Below, one piece after another: positions 6,887-7,034 of a DNA stretch of 7,034 nt. The translations under genes and the position numbers were made by a program. Each line of letters starts with the position of its first letter. Within the stretch, counting starts at the first letter, position 1. The stretch lies in assembly GCF_006345805.1 (NCBI RefSeq), contig NW_021829011.1, positions 1 to 7,034 of the forward strand, given 5' to 3'. Origin of the DNA: Octopus sinensis. Its lineage: Eukaryota. The notes under the pieces are model-generated. The model saw only the letters and a program-made list of their open reading frames with translations. It had not been told where the DNA came from and did no database searches.

Positions 6887-7034
6887 AAGGTGGCAAGCTG
6901 GCAGAATTTTTGGCACACTGGGCAAAATGCTTAGTGGCATTTCATCTGTCTTTACGTTCTGAGTTCAAGTTCCACCAACGTCGACTTTGCCTTTTATCTT
7001 TCCAGGGGTTGATAAAATGAATACCAGTCATGCA
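6887..7034 (+). mobile_element. SINE family A copy, truncated by the window end
   Basis: AAGGTGGCAAGCTGGCAGAAT head, GAGTTCAAGTTCC, GTCGACTTTGCC core. Confidence 0.92.

Noticed and set aside
108-7034. CRISPR-like array of recurring motifs
   Set aside because: The repeats are ~210-bp diverged SINEs with irregular spacing in eukaryotic DNA, with no unique spacers or cas genes.

Overview
AT-rich, repeat-saturated animal genomic DNA, intronic or intergenic, with no supportable protein-coding gene. The SINE families and the (ATT)n/(TA)n microsatellites resemble Octopus/cephalopod repeats as I recall them; this is not database-verified. The window holds about 15 full or partial copies of one ~210-bp tRNA-derived SINE (family A). 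All are on the + strand, and most are chained head-to-tail through (ATT)n tracts. A second tRNA-derived SINE (family B) is split by an antisense CR1-type LINE 3' end with a recognisable ORF2 C-terminus. Also present are a ~560-bp unclassified element inside (ATT)n, further SINE tail fragments and long (TA)/(TG) arrays. The best non-obvious signal is a minus-strand minimal Type I hammerhead ribozyme (6014-6092) of the kind carried by Penelope-like elements. All supplied ORFs appear spurious.
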